Made by a program: the position numbers and the translations under genes | Assembly (NCBI RefSeq): GCF_964355755.1 | Contig: NC_092677.1 | Coordinates: 21,129,175-21,193,174 of the forward strand | Length of the DNA stretch: 64,000 bases | Direction: 5' to 3' | Source: Antedon mediterranea | Lineage: Eukaryota; Animalia; Echinodermata | Notes under the pieces: generated by a model | What the model was told of the DNA's origin: nothing | Databases searched by the model: none | The model's input: only the letters and a program-made list of their open reading frames with translations | Shown: positions 24,671 to 38,830 of the stretch, piece after piece | Position numbering within the stretch: position 1 is the first letter of the stretch | Layout of the letters: each line of letters begins with the position of its first letter

Positions 24671-27600
24671 TCAAAGTGTACAGAATAGCTTTAAATCGCA
24701 TTTGGAGACGTTTTAGACCATTTTGTTAATTTCGATGAAACAAAAACACAAAAACATCAAATTGCACAAAATGGCTTAATATGATATGGGAAAACGTTTT
24801 AGACCATTTTGAACATTTCGTTAAAAGTTTTCACACAAAAACATCAAAGTCCACAAAATAGCTTAATATCGTATTTAAAAACGTTTTAGACCATTTTGAG
24901 CATTTCGAAAAAACTTTTTCACACAAAACATCAAAGTTTACAAAATAGCTTCAAATCGCATTTGGAGACGTTTTAGACCATTTTGTGATTTTCGAAAAAA
25001 CTTGTTAACATAAAAACACCAAAGTGCTCAGAATACCTTCAAATCGCATTTTGAGATGTTTTAGACCATTTTGTGATTTTCGAAAAAACTTGTTAACATA
25101 AAAACACCAAAGTGCTCAGAATAACTTCAAATCGTGTTTTGAGACGTTTTAGACCATTTTGTGATTTTCGAAAAAACTTGTTAACATAAAAACACCAAAG
25201 TGCTCAGAATACCTTCAAATCGCATTTTGAGACGTTTTAGACCATTTTGTGATTTTCGAAAAAACTTGTTAACATAAAAACACCAAAGTGCTCAGAATAC
25301 CTTCAAATCGTGTTTTTAGACGTTTTAGACCATTTTGTGATTTTCGAAAAAACTTGTTAACATAAAAACACCAAAGTGCTTAGAAAAGCTTCAAATCGCA
25401 TTTGGAGACGTTTTAGACCATTTTGTTCATTTCGATGAAACTTGGTTACACAAAAACATCAAAGAGCACAAAAGATCTTAATATCGTATTTAAAAACGTT
25501 TTAGACCATTTTGAGCATTTCGAAAAAACTTTTTCACACAAAACATCAAAGTGTACAAAATAGCTTCAAATCGCATTTTGAGACGTTTTAGACAATTTTG
25601 TGATTTTCGAAAAAACTTGTTTACATAAAAACACCAAAGTGCTTAGAAAAGCTTCAAATCGCATTTGGAGACGTTTTAAACCATTTTGTTCATTTCGATG
25701 AAACTTGGTTACACAAAAACATCAAAGAGCACAAAAGTATTTAAAAACGTTTTAGACCATTTTGAGCATTCCGTCAAAACTTTTTCACAAAAAACATCAA
25801 AGTGTACAGAATATCTTTAAATCGCATTTGGAGACGTTTTAGACCATTTTGTAGTTTTCGAAAAAACTTTTTAACATAAAAACACAAAAGAGCTTCAAAT
25901 CGCATTTGGAGACGTTTTAGACCCTTTTGTGCATTTCGATGAAACTTGGTTACACAAAAACATCAAAGTGCTTAAAATCACATTAGAAACCGTTTTAGAC
26001 CATTTTGAGCATTTCGTTAAAACTTTTCACACAAAAACATCAAAGTCCACAAAATAGCTTAATATCGTATTTAAAAACGTTTTAGACCATTTTGAGCATT
26101 TCGAAAAAACTTTTTCACACAAAACATCAAAGTTTACAAAATAGCTTCAAATCGCATTTGGAGACGTTTTAGACCATTTTATGATTTTCGAAAAAACTTT
26201 TTAACATAAAAACACCAAAGTGCTCAGAAAAGCTTCAAATCGCATATGGAGACGTTTTAAACCATTTTGTTCATTTCGATGAAACTTGGTTACACAAAAA
26301 CATCAAAGTGCTTAAAATCACATTTTGAACATTTCGTTAAAAGTTTTCACACAAAAACATCAAAGAGTAAAAAATAGCTTAATATCGTATTTAAAAACGT
26401 TTTAGACCATTTTGAGCATTTCGAAAAAACTTTTCCACACAAAACATCAAAGTTTACAAAATAGCTTCAAATCGCATTTGGAGACGTTTTAGACCATTTT
26501 GTGATTTTCGAAAAAACTTGTTAACATAAAAACACAAAAGTGCTCAGAATACCTTCAAATCGCATTTGGAGACGTTTTAGACCATTTTGTGATTTTCGAA
26601 AAAACTTGTTTACATAAAAACACCAAAGTGCTTAGAAAAGCTTCAAATCGCATTTGGAGACGTTTTAAACCATTTTGTTCATTTCGATGAAACTTGGTTA
26701 CACAAAAACATCAAAGAGCACAAAAGTATTTAAAAACGTTTTAGACCATTTTGTGCATTCCGACAAAACTTTTTCACACAAAACATCAAAGTGTACAGAA
26801 TAGCTTTAAATCGCATTTGGAGACGTTTTAGACCATTTTGTAGTTTTCGAAAAAACTTGTTAACATAAAAACACCAAAGAGCTTCAAATCGCATTTGGAG
26901 ACGTTTTAGACCCTTTTGTGCATTTCGATGAAACTTGGTTACACAAAAACATCAAAGTGCTTAAAATCACATTAGAAACCGTTTTAGACCATTTTGAGCA
27001 TTTCGTTAAAACTTTTCACACAAAAACATCAAAGTCCACAAAATAGCTTAATATCGTATTTAAAAACGTTTTAGACCATTTTGAGCATTTCGAAAAAACT
27101 TTTTCACACAAAACATCAAAGTTTACAAAATAGCTTCAAATCGCATTTGGAGACGTTTTAGACCATTTTGTGATTTTCGAAAAAACTTGTTAACATAAAA
27201 ACACCAAAGTGCTCAGAATACCTTCAAATCGCATTTTGAGACGTTTTAGACCATTTTGTGATTTTCGAAAAAACTTGGTTACACAAAAACATCAAAGAGC
27301 ACAAAAGTATTTAAAAACGTTTTAGACCATTTTGTTCATTTCGATGAAACAAAAACACAAAAACATCAAATTGCACAAAATGGCTTAATATGATATGGGA
27401 AAACGTTTTAGACCATTTTGAACATTTCGTTAAAAGTTTTCACACAAAAACATCAAAGTCCACAAAATAGCTTAATATCGTATTTAAAAACGTTTTAGAC
27501 CATTTTGAGCATTTCGAAAAAACTTTTCCACACAAAACATCAAAGTTTACAAAATAGCTTCAAATCGCATTTGGAGACGTTTTAGACCATTTTGTGATTT

Positions 27601-30600
27601 TCGAAAAAACTTGTTAACATAAAAACACAAAAGTGCTCAGAATACCTTCAAATCGCATTTGGAGACGTTTTAGACCATTTTGTGATTTTCGAAAAAACTT
27701 GTTTACATAAAAACACCAAAGTGCTTAGAAAAGCTTCAAATCGCATTTGGAGACGTTTTAAACCATTTTGTTCATTTCGATGAAACTTGGTTACACAAAA
27801 ACATCAAAGAGCACAAAAGTATTTAAAAACGTTTTAGACCATTTTGTGCATTCCGACAAAACTTTTTAACACAAAACATCAAAGTGTACAGAATAGCTTT
27901 AAATCGCATTTGGAGACGTTTTAGACCATTTTGTAGTTTTCGAAAAAACTTGTTAACATAAAAACACCAAAGAGCTTCAAATCGCATTTGGAGACGTTTT
28001 AGACCCTTTTGTGCATTTCGATGAAACTTGGTTACACAAAAACATCAAAGTGCTTAAAATCACATTAGAAACCGTTTTAGACCATTTTGAGCATTTCGTT
28101 AAAACTTTTCACACAAAAACATCAAAGTCCACAAAATAGCTTAATATCGTATTTAAAAACGTTTTAGACCATTTTGAGCATTTCGAAAAATTTTTTCACA
28201 CAAAACATCAAAGTTTACAAAATAGCTTCAAATCGCATTTGGAGACGTTTTAGACCATTTTGTGATTTTCGAAAAAACTTGTTAACATAAAAACACCAAA
28301 GTACTCAGAATACCTTCAAATGGCATTTTGAGACGTTTTAGACCATTTTGTGATTTTCGAAAAAACAACATAAAAACACCAAAGTGCTCAGAATACCTTC
28401 AAATCGCATTTGGAGACGTTTTAGACCATTTTGTGATTTTCGAAAAAACTTGTTAACATAAAAACACCAAAGTGCTCAGAATACCTTCAAATCGTATTTT
28501 GAGACGTTTTAGACAATTTTGTGATTTTCGAAAAAACTTGTTAACATAAAAACACCAAAGTGCTTAGAAAAGCTTCAAATCGCATTTGGAGACGTTTTAG
28601 ACCATTTTGTGCATTTCGATGAAACTTGGTTACACAAAAACATCAAAGTGTACAGAATAGCTTCAAATCGCATTAGAAACCGTTTTAGACCATTTTAAGC
28701 ATTTCGAAAAAACTTTTTCACACAAAACATCAAAGTGTACAAAATAGCTTCAAATCGCATTTGGAGACGTTTTAGACAATTTTGTGATTTTCGAAAAAAC
28801 TTGTTTACATAAAAACACCAAAGTGCTTAGAAAAGCTTCAAATCGCATTTGGAGACGTTTTAAACCATTTTGTTCATTTCGATGAAACTTGGTTACACAA
28901 AAACATCAAAGACCACAAAAGTATTTAAAAACGTTTTAGACCATTTTGAGCATTCCGACAAAACTTTTTCACACAAAACATCAAAGTGTACAGAATAGCT
29001 TTAAATCGCATTTGGAGACGTTTTAGACCATTTTGTAATTTTGGAAAAAACTTGTTAACATAAAAACACAAAAGAGCTTCAAATCGCATTTGGAGACGTT
29101 TTAGACCCTTTTGTGCATTTCGATGAAACTTGGTTACACAAAAACATCAAAGTGCTTAAAATCACATTAGAAATCGTTTTAGACCATTTTGAGCATTTCG
29201 TTAAAACTTTTCACACAAAAACATCAAAGTCCACAAAATAGCTTAATATCGTATTTAAAAACGTTTTAGACCATTTTGAGCATTTCGAAAAAACTTTTCC
29301 ACACAAAACATCAAAGTTTACAAAATAGCTTCAAATCGCATTTGGAGACGTTTTAGACCATTTTGTGATTTTCGAAAAAACTTGTTAACATAAAAACACC
29401 AAAGTGCTCAGAATACCTTCAAATCGTATTTTGAGACGTTTTAGACAATTTTGCGATTTTCGAAAAAACTTGTTAACATAAAAACACCAAAGTGCTTAGA
29501 AAAGCTTCAAATCGCATTTGGAGACGTTTTAGACCATTTTGGGCATTTCGATGAAACTTGGTTACACAAAAACATCAAAGTGCTTAAAATCACATTTTGA
29601 GCATTTCGTTAAAACTTTTCACACAAAAACATCAAAGAGCAAAAAATAGCTTAATATCGTATTTAAAAACGTTTTAGACCATTTTGAGCATTTCGACAAA
29701 ACTTTTTCACACAAAACATCAAAGTGTACAAAATAGCTTCAAATCGCATTTGGAGACGTTTTAGACAATTTTGTGATTTTCGAAAAAACTTGTTTACATA
29801 AAAACACCAAAGTGCTAAGAATAGCTTCCAATCGCATTTGGAGACGTTTTAGACCCTTTTGTGCATTTCGATGAAACTTGGTTACACAAAAACATCAAAG
29901 TGCTTAAAATCACATTAGAAACCGTTTTAGAACATTTTGAGCATTTCGTTAAAATTTTTCACAGAAAAACATCAAAGAGCAAAAAATAGCTTAATATCGT
30001 ATTTAAAAACGTTTTAGACCATTTTGAGCATTTCGACAAAACTTTTTCACACAAAACATCAAAGTGTACAGAATAGCTTCAAATCGCATTTGGAGACGTT
30101 TTAACCCATTTTGAGCATTTCGTTAAAATTTTTCACAGAAAAACATCAAAGAGCAAAAAATAGCTTAATATCGTATTTAAAAACGTTTTAGACCATTTTG
30201 AGCATTTCGACAAAACTTTTTCACACAAAACATCAAAGTGTACAGAATAGCTTCAAATCGCATTTGGAGACGTTTTAACCCATTTTGAGCATTTCGATAA
30301 AATTTTACACACAAAAACATCAAAGTGCACAAAATAGCTTAATATGGTATTTAAAAACGTTTTAGACCATTTTGAGCATTTCAACAAAACTTTTTCTCAC
30401 AAAACATCAAAGTGTACAGAATAGCTTCAAATCGCATTTGGAGACGTTTTAGACCATTTTGTGCATTTCGATGAAACTTGGTTACACAAAAACATCAAAG
30501 TGCTTAAAATCACATTTTGAGCATTTCGTTAAAACTTTTCACACAAAAACATCAAAGTCCACAAAATAGCTTAATATCGTATTTAAAAACGTTTTAGACC

Positions 30601-30899
30601 ATTTTGAGCATTTCGAAAAAACTTTTCCACACAAAACATCAAAGTTTACAAAATAGCTTCAAATCGCATTTGGAGACGTTTTAGACCATTTTGTGATTTT
30701 CGAAAAAACTTGTTAACATAAAAACACCAAAGTGCTCAGATTACCTTCAAATCGTGTTTTGAGACGTTTTAGACCATTTTGTAATTTTCGAAAAAACTTG
30801 TTAACATAAAAACACCAAAGTGCTCAGAATAGCTTCACATCGCATTTTGAGACGTTTTAGACCATTTTGTGATTTTCGAAAAAACTTGTTAACATAAAA

Positions 30900-33800
30900 A
30901 CACCAAAGTGCTTAGAAAAGCTTGAAATCGCATTTGGAGACGTTTTAGACCATTTTGTGCATTTCGATGAAACTTGGTTAAAGTGCTTAAAATCACATTT
31001 TGAGCATTTCGTTAAAACTTTTCACACAAAAACATCAAAGAGTAAAAAATAGCTTAATATCGTACTTAAAAACGTTTTAGACATTTTTGAGCATTTTGAC
31101 AAAATTTTTTCACACAAAACATCAAAGTGTACAGAATAGCTTTAAATCGCATTTGGAGACGTTTTAGACCATTTTGTTCATTTCGATGAAACAAAAACAC
31201 AAAAACATCAAATTGCACAAAATGGCTTAATATGATATGGGAAAACGTTTTAGACCATTTTGAACATTTCGTTAAAAGTTTTCACAAAAAAACATCAAAG
31301 TCCACAAAATAGCTTAATATCGTATTTAAAAACGTTTTAGACCATTTTGAGCATTTCGAAAAAACTTTTTCACACAAAACATCAAAGTTTACAAAATAGC
31401 TTCAAATCGCATTTGGAGACGTTTTAGACCATTTTGTGATTTTCGAAAAAACATGTTAACATAAAAACACCAAAGTGCTCAGAATACCTTCAAATCGCAT
31501 TTTGAGACGTTTTAGACCATTTTGTGATTTTCGAAAAAACTTGTTAACATAAAAACACCAAAGTGCTCAGAATACCTTCAAATCGTGTTTTGAGACGTTT
31601 TAGACCATTTTGTGATTTTGGAAAAACTTGTTAACATAAAAACACCAAAGTGCTCAGAATACCTTCAAATCGCATTTGGAGACGTTTTAGACCATTTTGT
31701 GATTTTCGAAAAAACTTGTTAACATAAAAACACCAAAGTGCTCAGAAAAGCTTCAAATCGCAATTGTAGACGTTTTAAACCATTTTGTTCATTTCGATGA
31801 AACTTGGTTACACAAAAACATCAAATTGCACAAAATGGCTTAATATGGTATGGGAAAACGTTTTAGACCATTTTGAACATTTCGAGAAAACTTTTTCACA
31901 CAAAACTTCAAAGTGTACAGAATAGCTTCAAATCGCATTAGAAACCGTTTTAGACCATTTTGAGCATTTCGAAAAAACTTTTTCACACAAAACATCAAAG
32001 TTTACAAAATTGCTTCAAATCGCATTTGGAGACGTTTTAGACCATTTTGTGATTTTCGAAAAAACTTGTTAACATAAAAACACCAAAGTGCTCAGAATAC
32101 CTTCAAATCGCATTTTGAGACGTTTTAGACCATTTTGTGATTTTCGAAAAAACTTGTTAACATAAAAATACCAAAGTGCTCAGAATACCTTCAAATCGTG
32201 TTTTGAGACGTTTTAGACCATTTTGTGATTTTCGAAAAAACTTGTTAACATAAAAACACCAAAGTGCTCAGAATACCTTCAAATCGCATTTGGAGACGTT
32301 TTAGACCATTTTGTGATTTTCGAAAAAACTTGTTAACATAAAAACACCAAAGTGCTCAGAAAAGCTTCAAATCGCATTTGGAGACGTTTTAAACCATTTT
32401 GTTCATTTCGATGAAACTTGGTTACACAAAAACATCAAAGAGCACAAAAGTATTTAAAAACGTTTTAGACCATTTTGAGCATTCCGACAAAACTTTTTCA
32501 CACAAAACATCAAAGTGTACAGAATAGCTTTAAATCGCATTTGGAGACGTTTTAGACCATTTTGTAGTTTTCGAAAAAACTTGTTAACATAAAAGCACAA
32601 AAGAGCTTCAAATCGCATTTGGAGACGTTTTAGACCCTTTTGTGCATTTCGATGAAACTTGGTTACACAAAAACATCAAAGTGCTTAAAATCACATTAGA
32701 AACCGTTTTAGACCATTTTGAGCATTTCGTTAAAACTTTTCACACAAAAACATCAAAGTCCACAAAATAGCTTAATATCGTATTCAAAAACGTTTTAGAC
32801 CATTTTGAGAATTTCGAAAAAACTTTTTCACACAAAACATCAAAGTTTACAAAATAGCTTCAAATCGCATTTGGAGACGTTTTAGACCATTTTGTGATTT
32901 TCGAAAAAACTTGTTAACATAAAAACACCAAAGTGCTCAGAATACCTTCAAATCGCATTTTGAGACGTTTTAGACCATTTTGTGATTTTCGAAAAAACAA
33001 CATAAAAAACACCAAAGTGCTCAGAATACCTTCAAATCGCATTTGGAGACGTTTTAGACCATTTTTTGATTTTGGAAAAAACTTGTTAACATAAAAACAC
33101 CAAAGTGCTCAGAATACCTTCAAATCGTATTTTGAGACGTTTTAGACCATTTTGTGATTTTCGAAAAAACTTGTTAACATAAAAACACCAAAGTGCTTAG
33201 AAAAGCTTCAAATCGCATTTGGAGACGTTTTAGACCATTTTGTGCATTTCGATGAAACTTGGTTAAAGTGCTTAAAATCACATTTTGAGCATTTCGTTAA
33301 AACTTTTCACACAAAAACATCAAAGAGTAAAAAATAGCTTAATATCGTATTTAAAAACGTTTTAGACCATTTTGAGCATTTCGACAAAATTTTTTCACAC
33401 AAAACATCAAAGTGTACAGAATAGCTTTAAATCGCATTTGGAGACGTTTTAGACCATTTTGTTCATTTCGATGAAACAAAAACACAAAAACATCAAATTG
33501 CACAAAATGGCTTAATATGATATGGGAAAACGTTTTAGACCATTTTGAACATTTCGTTAAAAGTTTTCACAAAAAAACATCAAAGTCCACAAAATAGCTT
33601 AATATCGTATTTAAAAACGTTTTAGACCATTTTGAGCATTTCGAAAAAACTTTTTCACACAAAACATCAAAGTTTACAAAATAGCTTCAAATCGCATTTG
33701 GAGACGTTTTAGACCATTTTGTGATTTTCGAAAAAACTTGTTAACATAAAAACACCAAAGTGCTCAGAATACCTTCAAATCGCATTTTGAGACGTTTTAG

Positions 33801-35480
33801 ACCATTTTGTGATTTTCGAAAAAACTTGTTAACATAAAAACACCAAAGTGCTCAGAATACCTTCAAATCGTGTTTTGAGACGTTTTAGACCATTTTGTGA
33901 TTTTGGAAAAACTTGTTAACATAAAAACACCAAAGTGCTCAGAATACCTTCAAATCGCATTTGGAGACGTTTTAGACCATTTTGTGATTTTCGAAAAAAC
34001 TTGTTAACATAAAAACACCAAAGTGCTCAGAAAAGCTTCAAATCGCAATTGGAGACGTTTTAAACCATTTTGTTCATTTCGATGAAACTTGGTTACACAA
34101 AAACATCAAATTGCACAAAATGGCTTAATATGGTATGGGAAAACGTTTTAGACCATTTTGAACATTTCGAGAAAACTTTTTCACACAAAACTTCAAAGTG
34201 TACAGAATAGCTTCAAATCGCATTAGAAACCGTTTTAGACCATTTTGAGCATTTCGAAAAAACTTTTTCACACAAAACATCAAAGTTTACAAAATAGCTT
34301 CAAATCGCATTTGGAGACGTTTTAGACCATTTTGTGATTTTCGAAAAAACTTGTTAACATAAAAACACCAAAGTGCTCAGAATACCTTCAAATCGCATTT
34401 TGAGACGTTTTAGACCATTTTGTGATTTTCGAAAAAACTTGTTAACATAAAAATACCAAAGTGCTCAGAATACCTTCAAATCGTGTTTTGAGACGTTTTA
34501 GACCATTTTGTGATTTTCGAAAAAACTTGTTAACATAAAAACACCAAAGTGCTCAGAATACCTTCAAATCGCATTTGGAAACGTTTTAGACCATTTTGTG
34601 ATTTTCGAAAAAACTTGTTAACATAAAAACACCAAAGTTCTCAGAAAAGCTTCAAATCGCATTTGGAGACGTTTTAAACCATTTTGTTCATTTCGATGAA
34701 ACTTGGTTACACAAAAACATCAAAGAGCACAAAAGTATTTAAAAACGTTTTAGACCATTTTGAGCATTCCGACAAAACTTTTTCACACAAAACATCAAAG
34801 TGTACAGAATAGCTTTAAATCGCATTTGGAGACGTTTTAGACCATTTTGTAGTTTTCGAAAAAACTTGTTAACATAAAAACACAAAAGAGCTTCAAATCG
34901 CATTTGGAGACGTTTTAGACCCTTTTGTGCATTTCGATGAAACTTGGTTACACAAAAACATCAAAGTGCTTAAAATCACATTAGAAACCGTTTTAGACCA
35001 TTTTGAGCATTTCGTTAAAACTTTTCACACAAAAACATCAAAGTCCACAAAATAGCTTAATATCGTATTCAAAAACGTTTTAGACCATTTTGAGCATTTC
35101 GAAAAAACTTTTTCACACAAAACATCAAAGTTTACAAAATAGCTTCAAATCGCATTTGGAGACGTTTTAGACCATTTTGTGATTTTCGAAAAAACTTGTT
35201 AACATAAAAACACCAAAGTGCTCAGAATACCTTAAAATCGCATTTTGAGACGTTTTAGACCATTTTGTGATTTTCGAAAAAACAACATAAAAACACCAAA
35301 GTGCTCAGAATACCTTTAAATCGCATTTGGAGACGTTTTAGACCATTTTGTGATTTTGGAAAAAACTTGTTAACATAAAAACACCAAAGTGCTCAGAATA
35401 CCTTCAAATCGTATTTTGAGACGTTTTAGACAATTTTGTGATTTTCGAATAAACTTGTTAACATAAAAACACCAAAGTGC
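30900..35480 (+). repeat. Tandem duplication with 2285-bp period
   Basis: AACTTGGTTAAAGTG occurs at 30971 and 33256, and GCAATTG at 31760 and 34045 (both offset 2285). Ends are approximate. Confidence 0.82.
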
Positions 35481-38400
35481 TTAGAAAAGCATCAAATCGC
35501 ATTTGGAGACGTTTTAGACCATTTTGTGCATTTCGATGAAACTTGGTTACACAAAAACATCAAAGTGTACAGAATAGCTTCAAATCGCATTAGAAACCGT
35601 TTTAGACCATTTTGAGCATTTCGAAAAAAACTTTTTCACACAAAACATCAAAGTGTACAAAATAGCTTCAAATCGCATTTGGAGACGTTTTAGACAATTT
35701 TGTGATTTTCGAAAAAACTTGTTTACATAAAAACACCAAAGTGCTAAGAATAGCTTCCAATCGCATTTGGAGACGTTTTAGACCCTTTTGTGCATTTCGA
35801 TGAAACTTGGTTACACAAAAACATCAAAGTGCTTAAAATCACATTAGAAACCGTTTTAGACCATTTTGAGCATTTCATTAAAATTTTTCACAGAAAAACA
35901 TCAAAGAGCAAAAAATAGCTTAATATCGTATTTAAAAACGTTTTAGACCATTTTGAGCATTTCGACAAAACTTTTTCACACAAAACATCAAAGTGTACAG
36001 AATAGCTTAATATCGCATTTGGAGACGTTTTAACCCATTTTGAGCATTTCGATAAAATTTTACACACAAAAACATCAAAGTGCACAAAATAGCTTAATAT
36101 GGTATTTAAAAACGTTTTAGAACATTTTGAGCATTTCAACAAAACTTTTTCTCACAAAACATCAAAGTGTACAGAATAGCTTCAAATCGCATTTGGAGAC
36201 GTTTTAGACCATTGTGTGCATTTCGATGAAACTTGGTTACACAAAAACATCAAAGTGCTTAAAATCACATTTTGAGCATTTCGTTAAAACTTTTCACACA
36301 AAAACATCAAAGAGTAAAAAATAGCTTAATATCGTATTTAAAAACGTTTTAGATCATTTTGAGCATTTCGACAAAATTTTTTCACACAAAACATCAAAGT
36401 GTACAGAATAGCTTTAAATCGCATTTGGAGACGTTTTAGACCATTTTGTTAATTTCGATGAAACAAAAACACAAAAACATCAAATTGCACAAAATGGCTT
36501 AATATGATATGGGAAAACGTTTTAGACCATTTTGAACATTTCGTTAAAAGTTTTAACACAAAAACATCAAAGTCTACAAAATAGCTTAATATCGTATTTA
36601 AAAACGTTTTAGACCATTTTGAGCATTTCGAAAAAACTTTTTCACACAAAACATCAAAGTTTACAAAATAGCTTCAAATCGCATTTGGAGACGTTTTAGA
36701 CCATTTTGTGATTTTCGAAAAAACTTGATAACATAAAAACACCAAAGTGCTCAGAATACCTTCAAATCGCATTTTGAGACGTTTTAGACCATTTTGTGAT
36801 TTTCGAAAAAACTTGTTAACATAAAAACACCAAAGTGCTCAGAATACCTTCAAATCGTGTTTTGAGACGTTTTAGACCATTTTGTGATTTTCGAAAAAAC
36901 TTGTTAACATAAAAACACCAAAGTGCTCAGAATACCTTCAAATCGCATTTTGAGACGTTTTAGACCATTTTGTGATTTTCGAAAAAACTTGTTAACATAA
37001 AAACACCAAAGTGCTCAGAATACCTTCAAATCGTGTTTTGAGACGTTTTAGACCATTTTGTGATTTTCGAAAAAACTTGTTAACATAAAAACACCAAAGT
37101 GCTTAGAAAAGCTTCAAATCGCATTTGGAGACGTTTTAGACCATTTTGTTCATTTCGATGAAACTTGGTTACACAAAAACATCAAAGAGCACAAAAGATC
37201 TTAATATCGTATTTAAAAACGTTTTAGACCATTTTGAGCATTTCGAAAAAACTTTTTCACAGAAAACATCAAAGTGTACAAAATAGCTTCAAATCGCATT
37301 TTGAGACGTTTTAGACAATTTTGTGATTTTCGAAAAAACTTGTTTACATAAAAACACCAAAGTGCTTAGAAAAGCTTCAAATCGCATTTGGAGACGTTTT
37401 AAACCATTTTGTTCATTTCGATGAAACTTGGTTACACAAAAACATCAAAGAGCACAAAAGTATTTAAAAACGTTTTAGAACATTTTGAGCATTCCGTCAA
37501 AACTTTTTCACACAAAACATCAAAGTGTACAGAATAGCTTTAAATCGCATTTGGAGACGTTTTAGACCATTTTGTAGTTTTCGAAAAAACTTGTTAACAT
37601 AAAAACACAAAAGAGCTTCAAATCGCATTTGGAGACGTTTTAGACCCTTTTGTGCATTTCGATGAAACTTGGTTACACAAAAACATCAAAGTGCTTAAAA
37701 TCACATTAGAAACCGTTTGAGACCATTTTGAGCATTTCGTTAAAACTTTTCACACAAAAACATCAAAGTCCACAAAATAGCTTAATATCGTATTTAAAAA
37801 CGTTTTAGACCATTTTGAGCATTTCGAAAAAACTTTTTCACACAAAACATCAAAGTTTACAAAATAGCTTCAAATCGCATTTGGAGACGTTTTAGACCAT
37901 TTTGTGATTTTCGAAAAAACTTGTTAACATAAAAACACCAAAGTGCTCAGAAAAGCTTCAAATCGCATTTGGAGACGTTTTAAACCATTTTGTTCATTTC
38001 GATGAAACTTGGTTACACAAAAACATCAAAGAGCACAAAAGTATTTAAAAACGTTTTAGACCATTTTGAGCATTCCGACAAAACTTTTCACACAAAACAT
38101 CAAAGTGTACAGAATAGCTTTAAATCGCATTTGGAGACGTTTTAACCCATTTTGAGCATTTCGATAAAATTTTACACACAAAAACATCAAAGTGCACAAA
38201 ATAGCTTAATATGGTATTTAAAAACGTTTTAGACCATTTTGAGCATTTCAACAAAACTTTTTCTCACAAAACATCAAAGTGTACAGAATAGCTTCAAATC
38301 GCATTTGGGGACGTTTTAGACCATTTTGTGCATTTCGATGAAACTTGGTTACACAAAAACATCAAAGTGCTTAAAATCACATTTTGAGCATTTCGTTAAA

Positions 38401-38830
38401 ACTTTTCACACAAAAACATCAAAGTCCACAAAATAGCTTAATATCGTATTTAAAAACGTTTTAGACCATTTTGAGCATTTCGAAAAAACTTTTCCACACA
38501 AAACATCAAAGTTTACAAAATAGCTTCAAATCGCATTTGGAGACGTTTTAGACCATTTTGTGATTTTCGTAAAAACTTGTTAACATAAAAACACCAAAGT
38601 GCTTAGAAAAGCTTCAAATCGCATTTGGAGACGTTTTAGACCATTTTGTGCATTTCGATGAAACTTGGTTACACAAAAACATCAAAGTGCTTAAAATCAC
38701 ATTTTGAACATTTCGTTAAAAGTTTTCACACAAAAACATCAAAGAGTAAAAAATAGCTTAATATCGTATTTAAAAACGTTTTAGACCACTTTGAGCATTT
38801 CGAAAAAACTTTTCCACACAAAACATCAAA
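33230..38830 (+). repeat. Near-identical copy of ~4720-10850 (offset ~27978 after a 526-bp internal duplication in the first copy)
   Basis: Shared rare variants are TTCGAATAAAC, AAAGCATCAAATC, GCATTTGGGGAC (10323/38301) and TTTTCGTAAAA. The ORFs at 7909/35888 are identical. Confidence 0.85.
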
